Assembly: GCA_964016885.1 (NCBI GenBank)
Contig: OZ024747.1
Span: 17,484,001 to 17,548,000 of the forward strand
Direction: 5' to 3'
From: Eledone cirrhosa
Lineage: Eukaryota
Length of the DNA stretch: 64,000 nucleotides
The notes below the pieces were generated by a model. It had not been told where the DNA came from and ran no database searches. It saw only the letters and a list, made by a program, of their open reading frames with translations. This document shows positions 28,860 to 41,871 of this stretch, in pieces (the first letter of the stretch is position 1; every line of letters begins with the position of its first letter). The translations under genes were made by a program, and so were the position numbers.

Positions 28860-28926
<67 letters not shown>

Positions 28927-29689
28927 TATATTTGTATGTGTGTGTGTTTGTGTTTATGTGTCCTGGTGCAGGAATGTGAGAGTATAGGTTGGAAATACTC
29001 AAAGGTGGCGGTACACTTATGCAAGGGAAACTGCGGCCAGATTATATTGACAAGTCCTATGTTATTATATTGATTAGCATTAAATATCAGCTGCGGTGGC
29101 ATAGTGTGATTGAAGTATTTTGTTCATTGAAACATGCTGATGCTTGAGCAATTATAGGGTTTAGAAGCACTGAGAAAATTCTCTCACTAGACTTGCCTCA
29201 TTAACAGTTTCTTTATCGATTGCTTCTCGTCGAAATCTCACAGTTTAACCGTGACTATACAATTCTTTTTTAGAACTTGGCTCAAGGATATAATTTATCG
29301 ATAATGAAATAATTTAATACATAAAAGACATAATAGGGAATATATTTCTCGTGTTATTTTTTTATTTTTATTATAATTTTTGTTTTCTACGTGTTAAAAT
29401 TCTTTATATTACGTTATTTTACGTATTTGTTTTTACTTTTTCTGTTTAGGTATTTTAAGCATCGCTTGTAAGGCCATGCTACAGCACAACCCTTAATGTA
29501 TAAATTTGTGACATGAAATGAAAAGGTTAAAATGTCTGCTAAGTTCAACAGCTTGACTTTTACGAGCTTTATATTATTTTTGTTGTTTCGCCTTGTTTCC
29601 ATTCTTTATGATTGGACATGATTGGACGTTTAGTTATATTTCATAGATTTATTATAATTTTTTATGTGTATGAGAATAAAACAATCAGA

Positions 29690-30180
29690 CCCAGACACAC
29701 ACACACACGTACACACACAAACAGACACACAGACACAAATACATACACACACATACGTACACACACAAACACACACATACACACGTACACACAGACAGAC
29801 ACACACGTGCACACACAAACACACACAAACATACACACAGACACGTACACACAGACACACACACACACGTACATGCACACACATACGTACACACACAAAT
29901 ACACACATACACACACACGCAGATGCACACGTACACACAGATACACACACACACGTACATACACACATACGTACACACACAAACACACAGAGAAACACAG
30001 ACACACACACACGTACACACAAACGCACACACACACACACACACACACGTACACACACAATACCACACATATATATACACACACATAGTACACACACAGA
30101 CACACATACACACACATAGACGCATTCTATGCCCAGATTTATATACACACACATCTGTACACCCATACACATACGCGTAC
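29690..30180. repeat. Degenerate (CA)n tract
   Basis: Directly visible. Confidence 0.9.
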
Positions 30181-30728
30181 AATGAGACTAGAACTTTATT
30201 TTTTGTCAGATAAAAACATAATTCGAAATTGTAAAAAAAAGATGTGAAAAGATTTCAAGATTGATTTTATTCATATTTTTATATTTCAACCTTTTTTTCA
30301 TATAGCAAAATTCCTAATAACAGTAAAATTTAGTTTCTCTCTTTCGAGGAGAATAAAGTTAAAGAATCGGGATTTGTACTTCCATTGTGGAGATAGAATA
30401 TCTTTTGTTTTTACTATTCAGTATCGAGGCATATCCAAATAAACATATTACGATTAACCCATTATTGTCCATCATATAAGCGCACATTTTATTTAAATGA
30501 CAATACAATAGGATTAATGTGTTCTTTAAGACGATAAAATGCATCATGTTTTGCCTTTAGTTACGGAAATGTTAAACAATAAGAGATTTTTTTCCATATT
30601 TATACACACACACGCGCACACACACATGCATCCATCTCTCCCTCAATCCGTCCATCCATACATATATGCATACATACATACACACATACACACATACACA
30701 CATCCATCTATCCATCCATACATACATA

Positions 30729-30998
30729 CAGTAAAAATATGTAATACATTCCAAAACATTTGCATCTAATAACTGCATATACACATGTACAGATACAAAG
30801 CTTATGCACATGCACACATACAACTCAAAACATACACATCCACACATGCAATAACATCCATATCTACACATGCATGCATGCAGACATGCATACATATCTA
30901 CCTAGTTGATGTTGTGTAAATTCTAATGAGAGAGTCTTGTGTCTATGTGAAACCGACTCTCTCTTTTGGCAAAATTTTTTGAAATTATAAAACCAGAA
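30729..30998 (+). mobile_element. R4/Dong-like LINE, heavily 5'-truncated (last codons plus 3' UTR)
   Basis: Near-identical to 32796-33060 (VKIC.TFQ plus 3' UTR); (TACA)n-like flanks. Confidence 0.85.
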
Positions 30999-31014
30999 CA
31001 TATATACATACATA

Positions 31015-31357
31015 CATGGTGGCTGCCAACTCGTTTTCGAGTACGGCCACTACTTTATATCCATGTAGGAGAACTCCTACCGATGCGCTGAACGAGTGTG
31101 ACTTTTAAGTCCAGCCAACGACTTGAAAACTCTGGCACAAACACTACACTTGTGACAATTACTGACACATAGTGCTGGGCCCATGGTACCATGTGATGAC
31201 AAATGCAGAGAGATCTCCAGATATAAAGCAATGCCTGTGCTGTGAAGCTTTTATAGTGAGCAAAGGCACTGCACAAAACCAGTCCCACTCTCTTAACCAA
31301 GATGATATTTACCAAAAAGAAGAACAAGTCAACATCATTGGATACCATCAGAGTTGC
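31015..31357 (-). mobile_element. Family B element (5'-truncated)
   Basis: Near-identical to the other copies. Confidence 0.85.
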
Positions 31358-31413
31358 ATGCATACATACATATCTACATACATACATATATACATACATA
31401 TCTACATACATAC

Positions 31414-33060
31414 AACCCAATCTAGCAACATTGTCATCAATGGTCTAACTGTTTCACCAATATCTGATGAGGACTGCTACAAATACCTGGGGATAGATGA
31501 GAACATATCCTATAATGGTATCTGTAATAAAGAACGCGTAACCAGGGAATACTACACCCGATTAAGAAAGATCTGGTCATCGGAACTCTCTGCGCAAAAC
31601 AAAACGGTGGCTCACAATGTGTTTGCTGTGACTGTCCTAACACCAACGTTTGGAATACTCAATTGGACGATAGACGAAATCCGAGCAGTTGATGTTGGAA
31701 CTCGAAAAATACTGAACAACACCGGAAACTTCCACATCAACAGTGACATAGACCGCCTTTACTTGCAACGTAAGCAGGGAGGCAGAGGCCTAACATCAGC
31801 CCAGACAACATTTGAATGTCGCATCATATCTCTCTGACAACATCTACAAACCTCGAAGCGTAGGAGTTCATTTCTCGAGCAAGTCTATCTGCATGAAACA
31901 GCTAAGATCATGAGAATTGGGAAGGAACTCCTTGAGAGATATTCCCTGTGTGATAATCAAAAACTCACACCCAGGGATGTCGCTCAGCAGTATCGCAGTG
32001 AATCGATGGATGAAAAACTGCATGCCTATCAGCAAAAAATCACGCATGAATATGTTGCCAGGAAGCTCCAGAGTGAGAGTAATATAGATAAGGAAAGTAG
32101 TCTACCTTGGACCAACAACCGCTATATTGGCTCCCACTTTGAAGGATACGCTTTTGCAATCCAAGAACAGGAGATTAGCACGAAATACCTGATTCACAAA
32201 AGAGATAGGGATGCAGGCAAAACACCTAGATGTGATAACAAGTGCAGACTCTGCAGAACTAACATCGAGGATGTCACCAATGTCATCAGCAGCTGCCCAA
32301 AGATGTCATCGCGGTACTATCTACCTATGAGGCATGATGTAGTGGCCAAAACACTGTACAATGCAGTTCGTAAAAGAGATAGCCCCGATAATAAACACAT
32401 TAAAAGCTACAACAATGTGGAAGACATCCATGTACATAATATGAAAGAGTACTGGTGGAATGTTCCAGTAAAAACCCCAATAAAATGCAGGCATAACAGA
32501 CCAGATATTATGATATGGGACAGGGAGAAGAAAACATGCACAGTAGTGGAAATTAGCTGCCCAGCAGATGCCAATATAATATCAAAGATTAGTGAAAAGG
32601 AGAATATTTATGCAGAACTGATGAGAAATCTGCAGATACTCCACCCTGATTACACCTTCAGATTTATGCCGGTGATTATTGGGGCACTGGGATATGTTAG
32701 TAACTGCCTCAATACAAATCTTGAGAAGCTAGTCTTCACGGGAACAGAAAGAACACAACTAGTTAGGAAACTACAAGTACAATCCATTAATGGAACAGTA
32801 AAAATATGTAAAACATTCCAAACATTTTGCATCTAATAACTGCATATACACATGTACAGATACAAAGCATATACACATGCACACATACAACTCAAAATAT
32901 ACACATCCACACATACAATAACATCCATATCTATACATGCATGCATACATACATATCTACCTAGTTGATGTTGTGTAAATTCCAATGAGAGAGTCTTGTG
33001 TCTATGTTAGAAACCGACTCTCTCTCTATTGGTAAAACTTGAAATTATAAAACCAGAAGA
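31414..33060 (+). mobile_element. R4/Dong-clade non-LTR retrotransposon, 5'-truncated (RT end, Zn knuckle, RLE)
   Basis: YKYLG, DRLYL.RK.GGRGL, IQEQ, CRLC..C, RHD, RPDI, EISCP, KENIY; one in-frame TGA at 31835-31837 splits two same-frame ORFs; (ACAT)n tail. Confidence 0.92.
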
Positions 33061-34451
33061 ACATACATACATACATACATACATACATAAATATATACAT
33101 CATACATACATACATCCATTCAACCATCCATCCATACATACATACATGCATACATATATACATATATAGATACATACATACACATGCATACATACACACA
33201 CATATACATGTATAAAAATATGTGTGCTTATGTGTCACTGCGTGTATATGCATATGTAAGTATATGTATTTATATATATATGTGTTTGTGATTCTTTGTG
33301 TGTCGGGTGGAGAGAGAGGGTGGAGAGGGGGAGAGAGAAAGAGAGAGAGAGAGAAATATAGACACGTTGCCGTTAGTTACGGAAATTTCAGACAATATCT
33401 GAATTTGTTACATTGATATTTTACTATACAAATGAAATAAAGGTAGTAGAACCAGAGTTTTGTGACTCTCAGAATAGTAAAGTACTGATATAGAATAATT
33501 AATAACTTATTTAGTGGCTTACTAGCGTAAGAACAGCTTTCATTTAAATCAAAAGTACTTTGTATAAAATATGTTGATTTAGATCAATTTGATCAAGTGA
33601 TAAGCGTTAATGTATATTAATTAGAGCAATTAAGAACATAATTAATAACTTTTGTCTTTAAAAGAGTGTGGTTTTCTTTTAAATTCAAAATAGTTTAAGT
33701 AAACAAAATGGTTTTAAAACGATTTCATGAATTGGTCAGCGCCTATGTAAATTATTCTTCTACATACAGATCAAAATATAATTTATCTAATCAATTTTTT
33801 TATACTGTCATAAGTGTTTTTTTTTATGTGTATTCATTTTCATGTTCAGTATTAAGTCCTCTTTCTCATATACGAAATCAGCTTTCTTTTTATATTGAGC
33901 AAATTTTGCTTGCTGGTGAAAATGTTTTATCGTGCAATAATGAAGCTCTGGGTGAAGTTGGACCCTGTATATTTTATATTTTCATTCTATTCATGTAGAC
34001 AACAGAGGGGTCACTTTAAGTCATGTTATTGTTATCAAATAATTTATTATTGTATTCCTAACTTCAAGATAAATGTACACCACGGAGTCAGTTTCTTCCT
34101 CTATTTGTAAGTAATAACATTTTGTACCTATCTCAATGTCGCATTTCTTTAATCTCCTATGTCGCTGATGCTGTCGTGCTAAGCCATATTGTTCGTAATA
34201 TATTTTTGTATACTAAGTTCCCGTTTAAGATTGATAACATTACACGCTTGATACAAAGTTGCTAATGGAAGTGATCAGAAGAAAAACAAGTTATTTAGCA
34301 TATCCGGTAACTGAATTAAAGTTGGCGATAGCAATCATCGTAAATTGAATATATAATATTTCACACCATATGTCATAGCTAACGGCGAATGTCTCTCTGT
34401 GTTTGTATATTTGTTTGTATATATGTATGTATGTATAATTCTAGGAAAATG

Positions 34452-34812
34452 AAAACTGATATAACACCTGCAACCCTGATGGTATCCAATGATGTTGACT
34501 TGTTCTTCTTTTTGGTAAATATCATCTTGGTTAAGAGAGTGGGACTGGCTTTGTGCAGTGCCTTTGCTCACTATAAAAGCTTCACAGCACAGGCATTACT
34601 TTATATCTGGAGATCTCTCTGCACTTGTCATCACATGGTACCATGGGCCCAGCACTATGTGTCAATAATTGTCGCAAGTGTAGTGTTTGTACCAGAGTTT
34701 TCAAGTCGCTGGCTGAACTAAAAAGTCACACTCGTTCAGCGCATCGGTAGGGGTTCTCCTACATCGATATAAGGTAGTGGCCGTACTCGAAAACGAGTTG
34801 GCAGCCACCATG
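34452..34812 (+). mobile_element. Family B element (5'-truncated)
   Basis: Ends GAGTTGGCAGCCACC(ATGT)n. Confidence 0.85.
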
Positions 34813-34851
34813 TATGTATGTATGTATGTATGTATGTATGTATGTATGTAT

Positions 34852-35462
34852 GTCAGGTCACCAGTTGGTGCTACTGGTAACATGTATCCCAGTACAACCT
34901 GTCTCATGGTCGGGTCGTTGGCGACTAAACTGGCAACCCCACCAAGGTTTCTTGGTGAGGAGGGTGGCTTTGGACATCCTGCAGGACTAAAAACAAAACC
35001 TGTCAAAGGGCAAAGGAGCTCTTAAGAGTCAATGGCCATCCAAAATCACTGGGAGAGATGACCCCTTAGCCTTTGTCAAGGCAGAATTCTAGGAGAAGGA
35101 AAACTCTGATATAACACCTGCAACTCTGATGGTATCCAATGATGTTGACTTGTTCTTCTTTTTGGTAAATATCATCTTGGTTAAGAGAGTGGGACTGGCT
35201 TCGTGCAGTGCCTTTGCTCACTATAAAAGCTTCACGGCACAGGCATTGCTTTATATCTGGAGATCTCTCTTCACGTTTCATCACAGGGTACCAATGGGCC
35301 TAGCACTATGTGTCAATAATTGTCACAGGTGTAGTGTTTGTACCAGAGTTTTCAAGTCGCTGGCTGGACTAAAAAGTCACATTCGTTCAGCGCATTGGTA
35401 GGGGTTCTCCTACATGGATATAAAGTAGTGGCCGTACTCGAAAACGAGTTGGCAGCCACCAT
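34852..35462 (+). mobile_element. Family B element, apparently full length (~610 bp)
   Basis: Same 5' start GTCAGGTCACCAG as the 40206-40807 copy; contains C2H2 remnant [22 protein letters not shown]; (ATGT)n on both sides. Confidence 0.88.
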
Positions 35463-36584
35463 GTATGTATGTATATATATGTATGTAAGTTTGTATATAT
35501 GTATGTTTGAATATATGTCTATTTGTATGTATGTATGTATATATTTGGATGTTACATAAAAGATTAAGTTTAGTATATTGTTATTTTAATTGTTTAGTGT
35601 CTGTCAATGTTTGTATGCATGAGAAGTACATATATTTACATTACCAAATATATTTTACAATAATTTCTTAAATTCATGTACAAGGCAACTTCAGTTTATA
35701 GACGCAGATTAACATTCTATAGTGTTAATAAGACAAAGTCGTTTTGTGCACACTTTTAGAAACCTGTGCAAATAGTATGCTTTAGATTCCTTTACACACA
35801 TTACTTTATATGCTGATTTGCTGTAGGATATTTTACAAATAAACACACATTCTAAAGCAACCATGCTCTTTCCTCAGATTTCTCAAACGACGATATCTCA
35901 TTTAGCAAATATTCATCTCGAGACATCATTGGAAACCGCCAGAATGTCACAGCCTTATTTCGTGCAGAAATTGCATACGGTGACTTGATGTCAACTACTT
36001 TTTAAAACAGTGGGTGGAATCGACAATGCCTTCACTGCGATCTGCTGGAATGGATATTGTATAGAAAGAATTGTATCGTAACAGAACTGTTGTATTACTG
36101 GTCTAGCAGAACTACGACACACAATAAATCGGCCACACGACTATGTAAGACTAAACAACAGTTATATACTAAGATAGTATATTACTTAATATTTTCTCTA
36201 TTAAAATAAGTAGAAAACCCGTATATCTTCATTAAAAAGAATTTTCATTGGAGTACTTAATTGTGCAGTTAATATAATTCTGTACGTCAGTAGTATAAAT
36301 ATTGGGACTATGGAATGCTCAGCCACTTAAACGTTAATTTCTCGAGCAGGCAGTACTGTTGATTGATTCAACCGGAGCAGTCGTTGTCGGAAAGAAACAG
36401 AGATGTTACAACATCTCTGTCTGACAACCGATCCAGAGGTATATTATATTATTATCGTCTGTGATCCAGAAACCTTTGGTAATGGAGTAGTTATATTTTG
36501 TGTTGTTCACTTTCTAATTAAATAGCTCTGTTCTATATGTAGAGCACTCTTTTTTCCTTTGCTTTGCTTTCAGAATGACCTAAC

Positions 36585-36637
<53 letters not shown>

Positions 36638-36706
36638 TTGCAAACAGACTGTACTGAAGACAGGATATTTTGCATTGATATGATTGTATTATATATGACT
36701 ATAGTT

Positions 36707-37120
36707 AATAATTGTTTCTAATTTTGGCACAAGGCCAGCAATTACGCAGTGCATTACTGGTACTTTATTTTATCGACCCCGTAAGGATGAAAGGCAAAGT
36801 CAACCTCGGCGATAGTTAATAATTGTTTCTACTTTAGGCACAAGGCCAGCAATTACCCAGTGCATTACTGGTACTTTATTGTATCGACCCCGTAAGGATG
36901 AAAGGCAAAGTTAACCTCGGCGATAGTTAATAATTGTTTATACTTTAGGCACAAGGCCAGCAATTACCCAGTGCATTACTGGTACTTTATTTTATCGACC
37001 CCGTAAGGATGAAAGGCAAAGTCAACCTCGGTGGGATTTGAACTCAGATCGTAAAGGGACGTAACTATGCTGGAAAGCATGGCGTCCGACCCTCTACCGA
37101 TACTGCCAATCCACCGCCCT
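36707..37120 (-). mobile_element. tRNA-derived SINE with tandemly triplicated 3' half
   Basis: One full unit plus two ~110 bp repeats of the core and tail. Confidence 0.8.
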
Positions 37121-37524
37121 TGATAGTTAATAATGAAATGGAAATAGCAAAGGAAACTGCAGTGTGCTTACTGGTTTATGGAGGAAATTAAATATAAGAA
37201 TACTGTATGGAAGGGCCCATCATTTGTTGCATGCATACTTGTACACTCCTAATGGATTATTTTTTTAGAACCCATTATGTCTGAGAATCTGAAACCTAAA
37301 GTATGGGTTATAACTTGTAATATATGATCTAAATGTAATAACTTGTAATATATGATCTAAATGGAGAATAGGTGGTAAAAACACCTGTCCATTACCATAA
37401 AATTTGAATGGAGTATTCAGATTTAGAACATTTCTCATCCATATTTTCCACGTTGTTTATTTCAGTTTTATGTTATTTAAAGCCGTCAATTGTCTGATGT
37501 TTTGAAAGTATCTGGACAATTGGA

Positions 37525-37572
<48 letters not shown>

Positions 37573-37884
37573 TATATATATCATATATATATTATATATA
37601 TATACACATATATATTATTTATATATATCATATATATATTATATATATATACACATATATATATATATTATTTATATATATCATATATATTATATATATA
37701 TATATACATATATATATATACATATATACATATATATATATATACATATATACATATATACATATATACATATATATATATACATATATATAGAGAGAGA
37801 GAGATATATACATATATACATATATATGTGTGTGTGTGTGTTTGGCCGTGTGCGCATACATGTGTAAGTGTGCATATACATGGA

Positions 37885-38098
37885 TTCGCAGCTTCGGTAG
37901 AGCGTCGGACAACATGATTCGTGGTATAGAGTTACGGCTCTTTATGTTCCTGAGTTCAAATCACGTCGAGGTTTAATTTTACCTTTCATCTTTACGGGGT
38001 TGATAAATAAAGCACCAGTAATGCACTGGGGTCAATTTAATTGACTTTTCCCCCTCCCACTTCAAATTGCTGACATTGTGCCTAAATTAGAAACAATT
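37885..38098 (+). mobile_element. tRNA-derived SINE
   Basis: GAGTTCAAATC B box and family core. Confidence 0.7.
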
Positions 38099-38099
38099 A

Positions 38100-38630
38100 T
38101 TATTATTGGCATCCCTTGGTCTAGAAAGATCTGCACCTAGAGAATCTTTTAACAGTTGCTGATAACGGTGCAGTGTTGTGCAGTACAGGCCCACGCGGAT
38201 CTCACAGTCCCGTATGAAAAGATGTTATTTGAAGAGGCTCTCATTTGGTGTTACAGTGTGTTATATTCCTCCAGAGGCGTTTTTCCTCAGCGGCAAATTT
38301 GCATTCCCGTGCGTAATTCTCGTCTCAAGCTTCGGCCATCATTTGTGGTCTATTCCAATCTTTAGGTGTTCAGGACTATTAACTTCATATCGTTCTTGCT
38401 GATGACATTGCAACGAAGAGGAAGTTATCCACAAGCTCTTGTGCAGTTGTTCAGCTCCACATACAGTAGATATTTTTGGATCCTCCCTGTACAGCATAGG
38501 ATGTACGTGACCTAAACTGTGCAGACACATTAAATCATACCTGGCTACTACCAGCATGTCGAGTGTCTGAAAAAATACTATATATTTTTCCCCTGTGTTA
38601 TTTACTAGACTATACACACTAAACATCCAT
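38100..38630 (-). mobile_element. Degenerate RTE/BovB-like LINE 3' end
   Basis: Minus-strand remnants AAEEKR and RDCEIRVGLY (RDC.SRIGL-like); ends GGGATGCC(AAT)n. Confidence 0.5.
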
Positions 38631-39292
38631 ATGCCAATTCCGGTTTGTTGTTTGTTCTTGTGACGCTAAACTCCGCCGACTGCGCATTAACATGAGATAT
38701 CTCTCTCACCACAAAGTTCGATCACCAGCAGCAGAGCTAAAAGAGCAAAGATCAAGTCCATTAAAGATTCAACTCAAAGATTCGTTTGTTATTTACGTAT
38801 GTACTACTAACAGTTTGGCATTGCTGAAAGTAATGCTGGTTTAGTTATATATCAATATTTTTAATATTCTTATTAATTGATTTCATTATCGATCGGTTGA
38901 TATTCGGTGTATTAATTTTATTTATAACCTTAATTAGTCTTTCGGTATGTATAATTATTTTTGATATTTTTTATTAAATGATTTGATTAATGATTTGTTG
39001 ATACTAGTTGTATTAAATATATTTGATAACCCTAATCAATTTTTCAGTTAATGCCACTATGCGACTTGATCTGAATGAGAATTCTCTGTCTCTGAAATTG
39101 ATTTCAGTTAGCAATAAGTAAGATAGTGTCTTACACGTGTTACTATGGTATAAGGGCGTAAAGTATCTTGTAGTAATATGGTAATATGATTTCGTAAGTT
39201 TACTAGTATATATTTATACATATATATATATGATTAATCACCTCATTTACACAGACGAGAAAACTATATATTCACGACTGTTCTCAAGTCCG

Positions 39293-39812
39293 GTCAGTAG
39301 TTGCAGGTGGGGAAAGGACCGTCCTGATGAAGACCAGTCAAGTCTGAAATGCGTAGACGGTTGTCACCCTTGCTTCTGCAACCCAGTACAACCTGCCGCA
39401 TGGTCCCACCAAGTTTACTTGGTGAGGAGGGGTATTTTGTACACCCTGCAGGACAAAAAACCTGACAAAGGGCGGAAGAACTCATAAGAGTCAACGGCCA
39501 TCCAAAAGTGTGTAAGTAAACCACTGGGAGTGAAGGATCCCCAGCCTTTGTCCGGGCATTCTTCTAGGAGAAGGCAACTCAGGAAACGGGATAACTCCGA
39601 TATAAAACCTGCGGTTCAGTAGTTACCGATGATGTTGATCTTTTCTTCTTTTCGTGTTATAGAAACTGTCGCTCAGAGAGTGGGATTGGCTCAGTGCACA
39701 GTCTTTCCTCACTTTAAAAAATATCTTCACGCACAGGCATTGCACGATAGAATTATTTAATAATGGTATATCGTGCAATGGTCATACTCGATAACGAGGG
39801 GGCAGCCATCAT
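39293..39812 (+). mobile_element. Bipartite RTE-derived element, family A (hammerhead-bearing)
   Basis: From 39383 colinear with the family B 5' module (CCCAGTACAACCTG, CTTGGTGAGGAGGG, GAGTCAAYGGCCATCC, GATGTTGA, GAGAGTGGGA, GCACAGGCATTGC); 3' tail matches the RTE ZnF LINE tail. Confidence 0.8.
39318..39361 (+). ncRNA. Type I hammerhead ribozyme
   Basis: Stem I ACCGTC/GACGGT, CTGATGA, stem II AGAC-cagtcaa-GTCT, GAA, quasi-palindromic stem III ATGCGT, H17=A. Confidence 0.85.
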
Positions 39813-39945
39813 ATATATATATATATATATATACATATATATGTACATTTCTTCAAAAATTAAAAATATGTTCGATATACTCTACTAATGTATTGAGTAT
39901 CTTTTTAACTGTGGACAGTTCCCGATACCCATCGGAAATCTCTCC

Positions 39946-39999
<54 letters not shown>

Positions 40000-40042
40000 T
40001 ACATACATACATATATATATATACATATATACATATATATAT

Positions 40043-40077
<35 letters not shown>

Positions 40078-40205
40078 CATATATACATACATATATATAT
40101 ACATACATATATATATATACATATATATATATACATATATACATATATACATACATATATATATATACATATATACATACATATATATATATACATACAT
40201 ACATA

Positions 40206-40807
40206 TATGGTGGCTGCCAACTCGTTTTCGAGTACGGCCACTACTTTATATCCATGTAGGAGAACACCTACCGATGCGCTGAACGAGTGTGACTTTTTAG
40301 TCCAGCCAGCGACTTGAAAACTCTGGTACAAACACTACACTTGTGACAATTATTGACACATAGTGCTGGGCCCATGGTACCATGTGACGACAAGTGCAGA
40401 GAGAACTCCAGACATAAAGCAATGCCTGTGCCGTGAAGCTTTTATAGTGAGCAAAGGCACTGCACAAAGCCAGTCCTACTCTCTTAACCAAGATGATATT
40501 TACCAAAAAGAAGAACAAGTCAACATCATTGGATACCATCAGGGTTGCAGGTGTTATATCAGAGTTTTCCTTCTCGTAGAATTCTGCCTTGACAAAGGCT
40601 AAGGGGTCATCTCTCCCGGTGAATTTTGGATGGCCATTGACTCTTTGCCCTTTGCCAGGTTTTGTTTTTAGTCCTGCAGGATGTCCAAAGTCACCCTCCT
40701 CACCAAGAAACCTTGGTGGGGTTGCCAGTTTAGTCGCCAACGACCCGACCATGAGACAGGTTGTACTGGGATACATGTTACCAGTAGCACCAACTGGTGA
40801 CCTGACA
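40206..40807 (-). mobile_element. Family B element, apparently full length
   Basis: Reverse-complement match to 34852-35462. Confidence 0.88.
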
Positions 40808-41640
40808 TATATATATACATATATATATACATATATACATACATATATATATACATATATACATACATATATACATATATATATACATATATATATACAT
40901 ATATACATACATATATACATATATACATACATATATACATATATATATACATATATACATACATATATATATACATATATACATACATATATATATACAT
41001 ATATATATACATATATACATACATATATACATACATATATATATACATATATATATACATATATATATACATATATATATACATATATATATACATATAT
41101 ATATACATATATACATACATATATATATACATATATATATACATATATATATACATATATACATACATATATATATACATATATACATACATATATATAT
41201 ACATATATATATACATATATACATACATACATATATACTTATATACATATATATATACATATATATATACTTATATACATATACATATACTTATATACAT
41301 ATACATATATATATACTTATATACATATATATATACATATATATATACTTATATACATATACATATACATATATATATACATATACTTATATACATATAT
41401 ATATACATATATATATACTTATATACATACATATATATATACTTATATACATACATATATATATACTTATATACATACATACATATATATATACTTATAT
41501 ACATACATACATATATACATATACATACATATGTATATATATATATACATATAATATATATACATATATATAATATATATACATATAATATATATACATA
41601 TATATAATATATATACATATAATATATATATATATAGAGA
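40808..41640. repeat. (TACA/TA)n compound microsatellite
   Basis: Directly visible. Confidence 0.95.
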
Positions 41641-41818
41641 GAGAGATATATTTTAACTTTAATTATATCTCATAAAATAATACAACTGGCTTTTCCACAT
41701 AATACATATTGTTAGCACGCCAAACACTTAAATTGGGTTTATATTAAAATATAACCTAATGTTTGTTGAGTGAGATGGTTACCAGTCAGAGATTAGCTTT
41801 AAACTATCTCTGTTATTG

Positions 41819-41871
<53 letters not shown>

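Noticed and set aside
31172-31413. N-terminus of the R4 ORF
   Set aside because: Fortuitous read-through from an antisense family B copy and the TACA repeat
34888-34933. HDV-like ribozyme at the family B 5' end (CCAGT...ACC/GGT...CTAA ACTGG)
   Set aside because: P2/P3-like pairings are possible, but I could not build P1 or P1.1
36707-37030. Regularly spaced repeats suggestive of a CRISPR array
   Set aside because: Units are SINE halves without unique spacers; eukaryotic context and no cas genes
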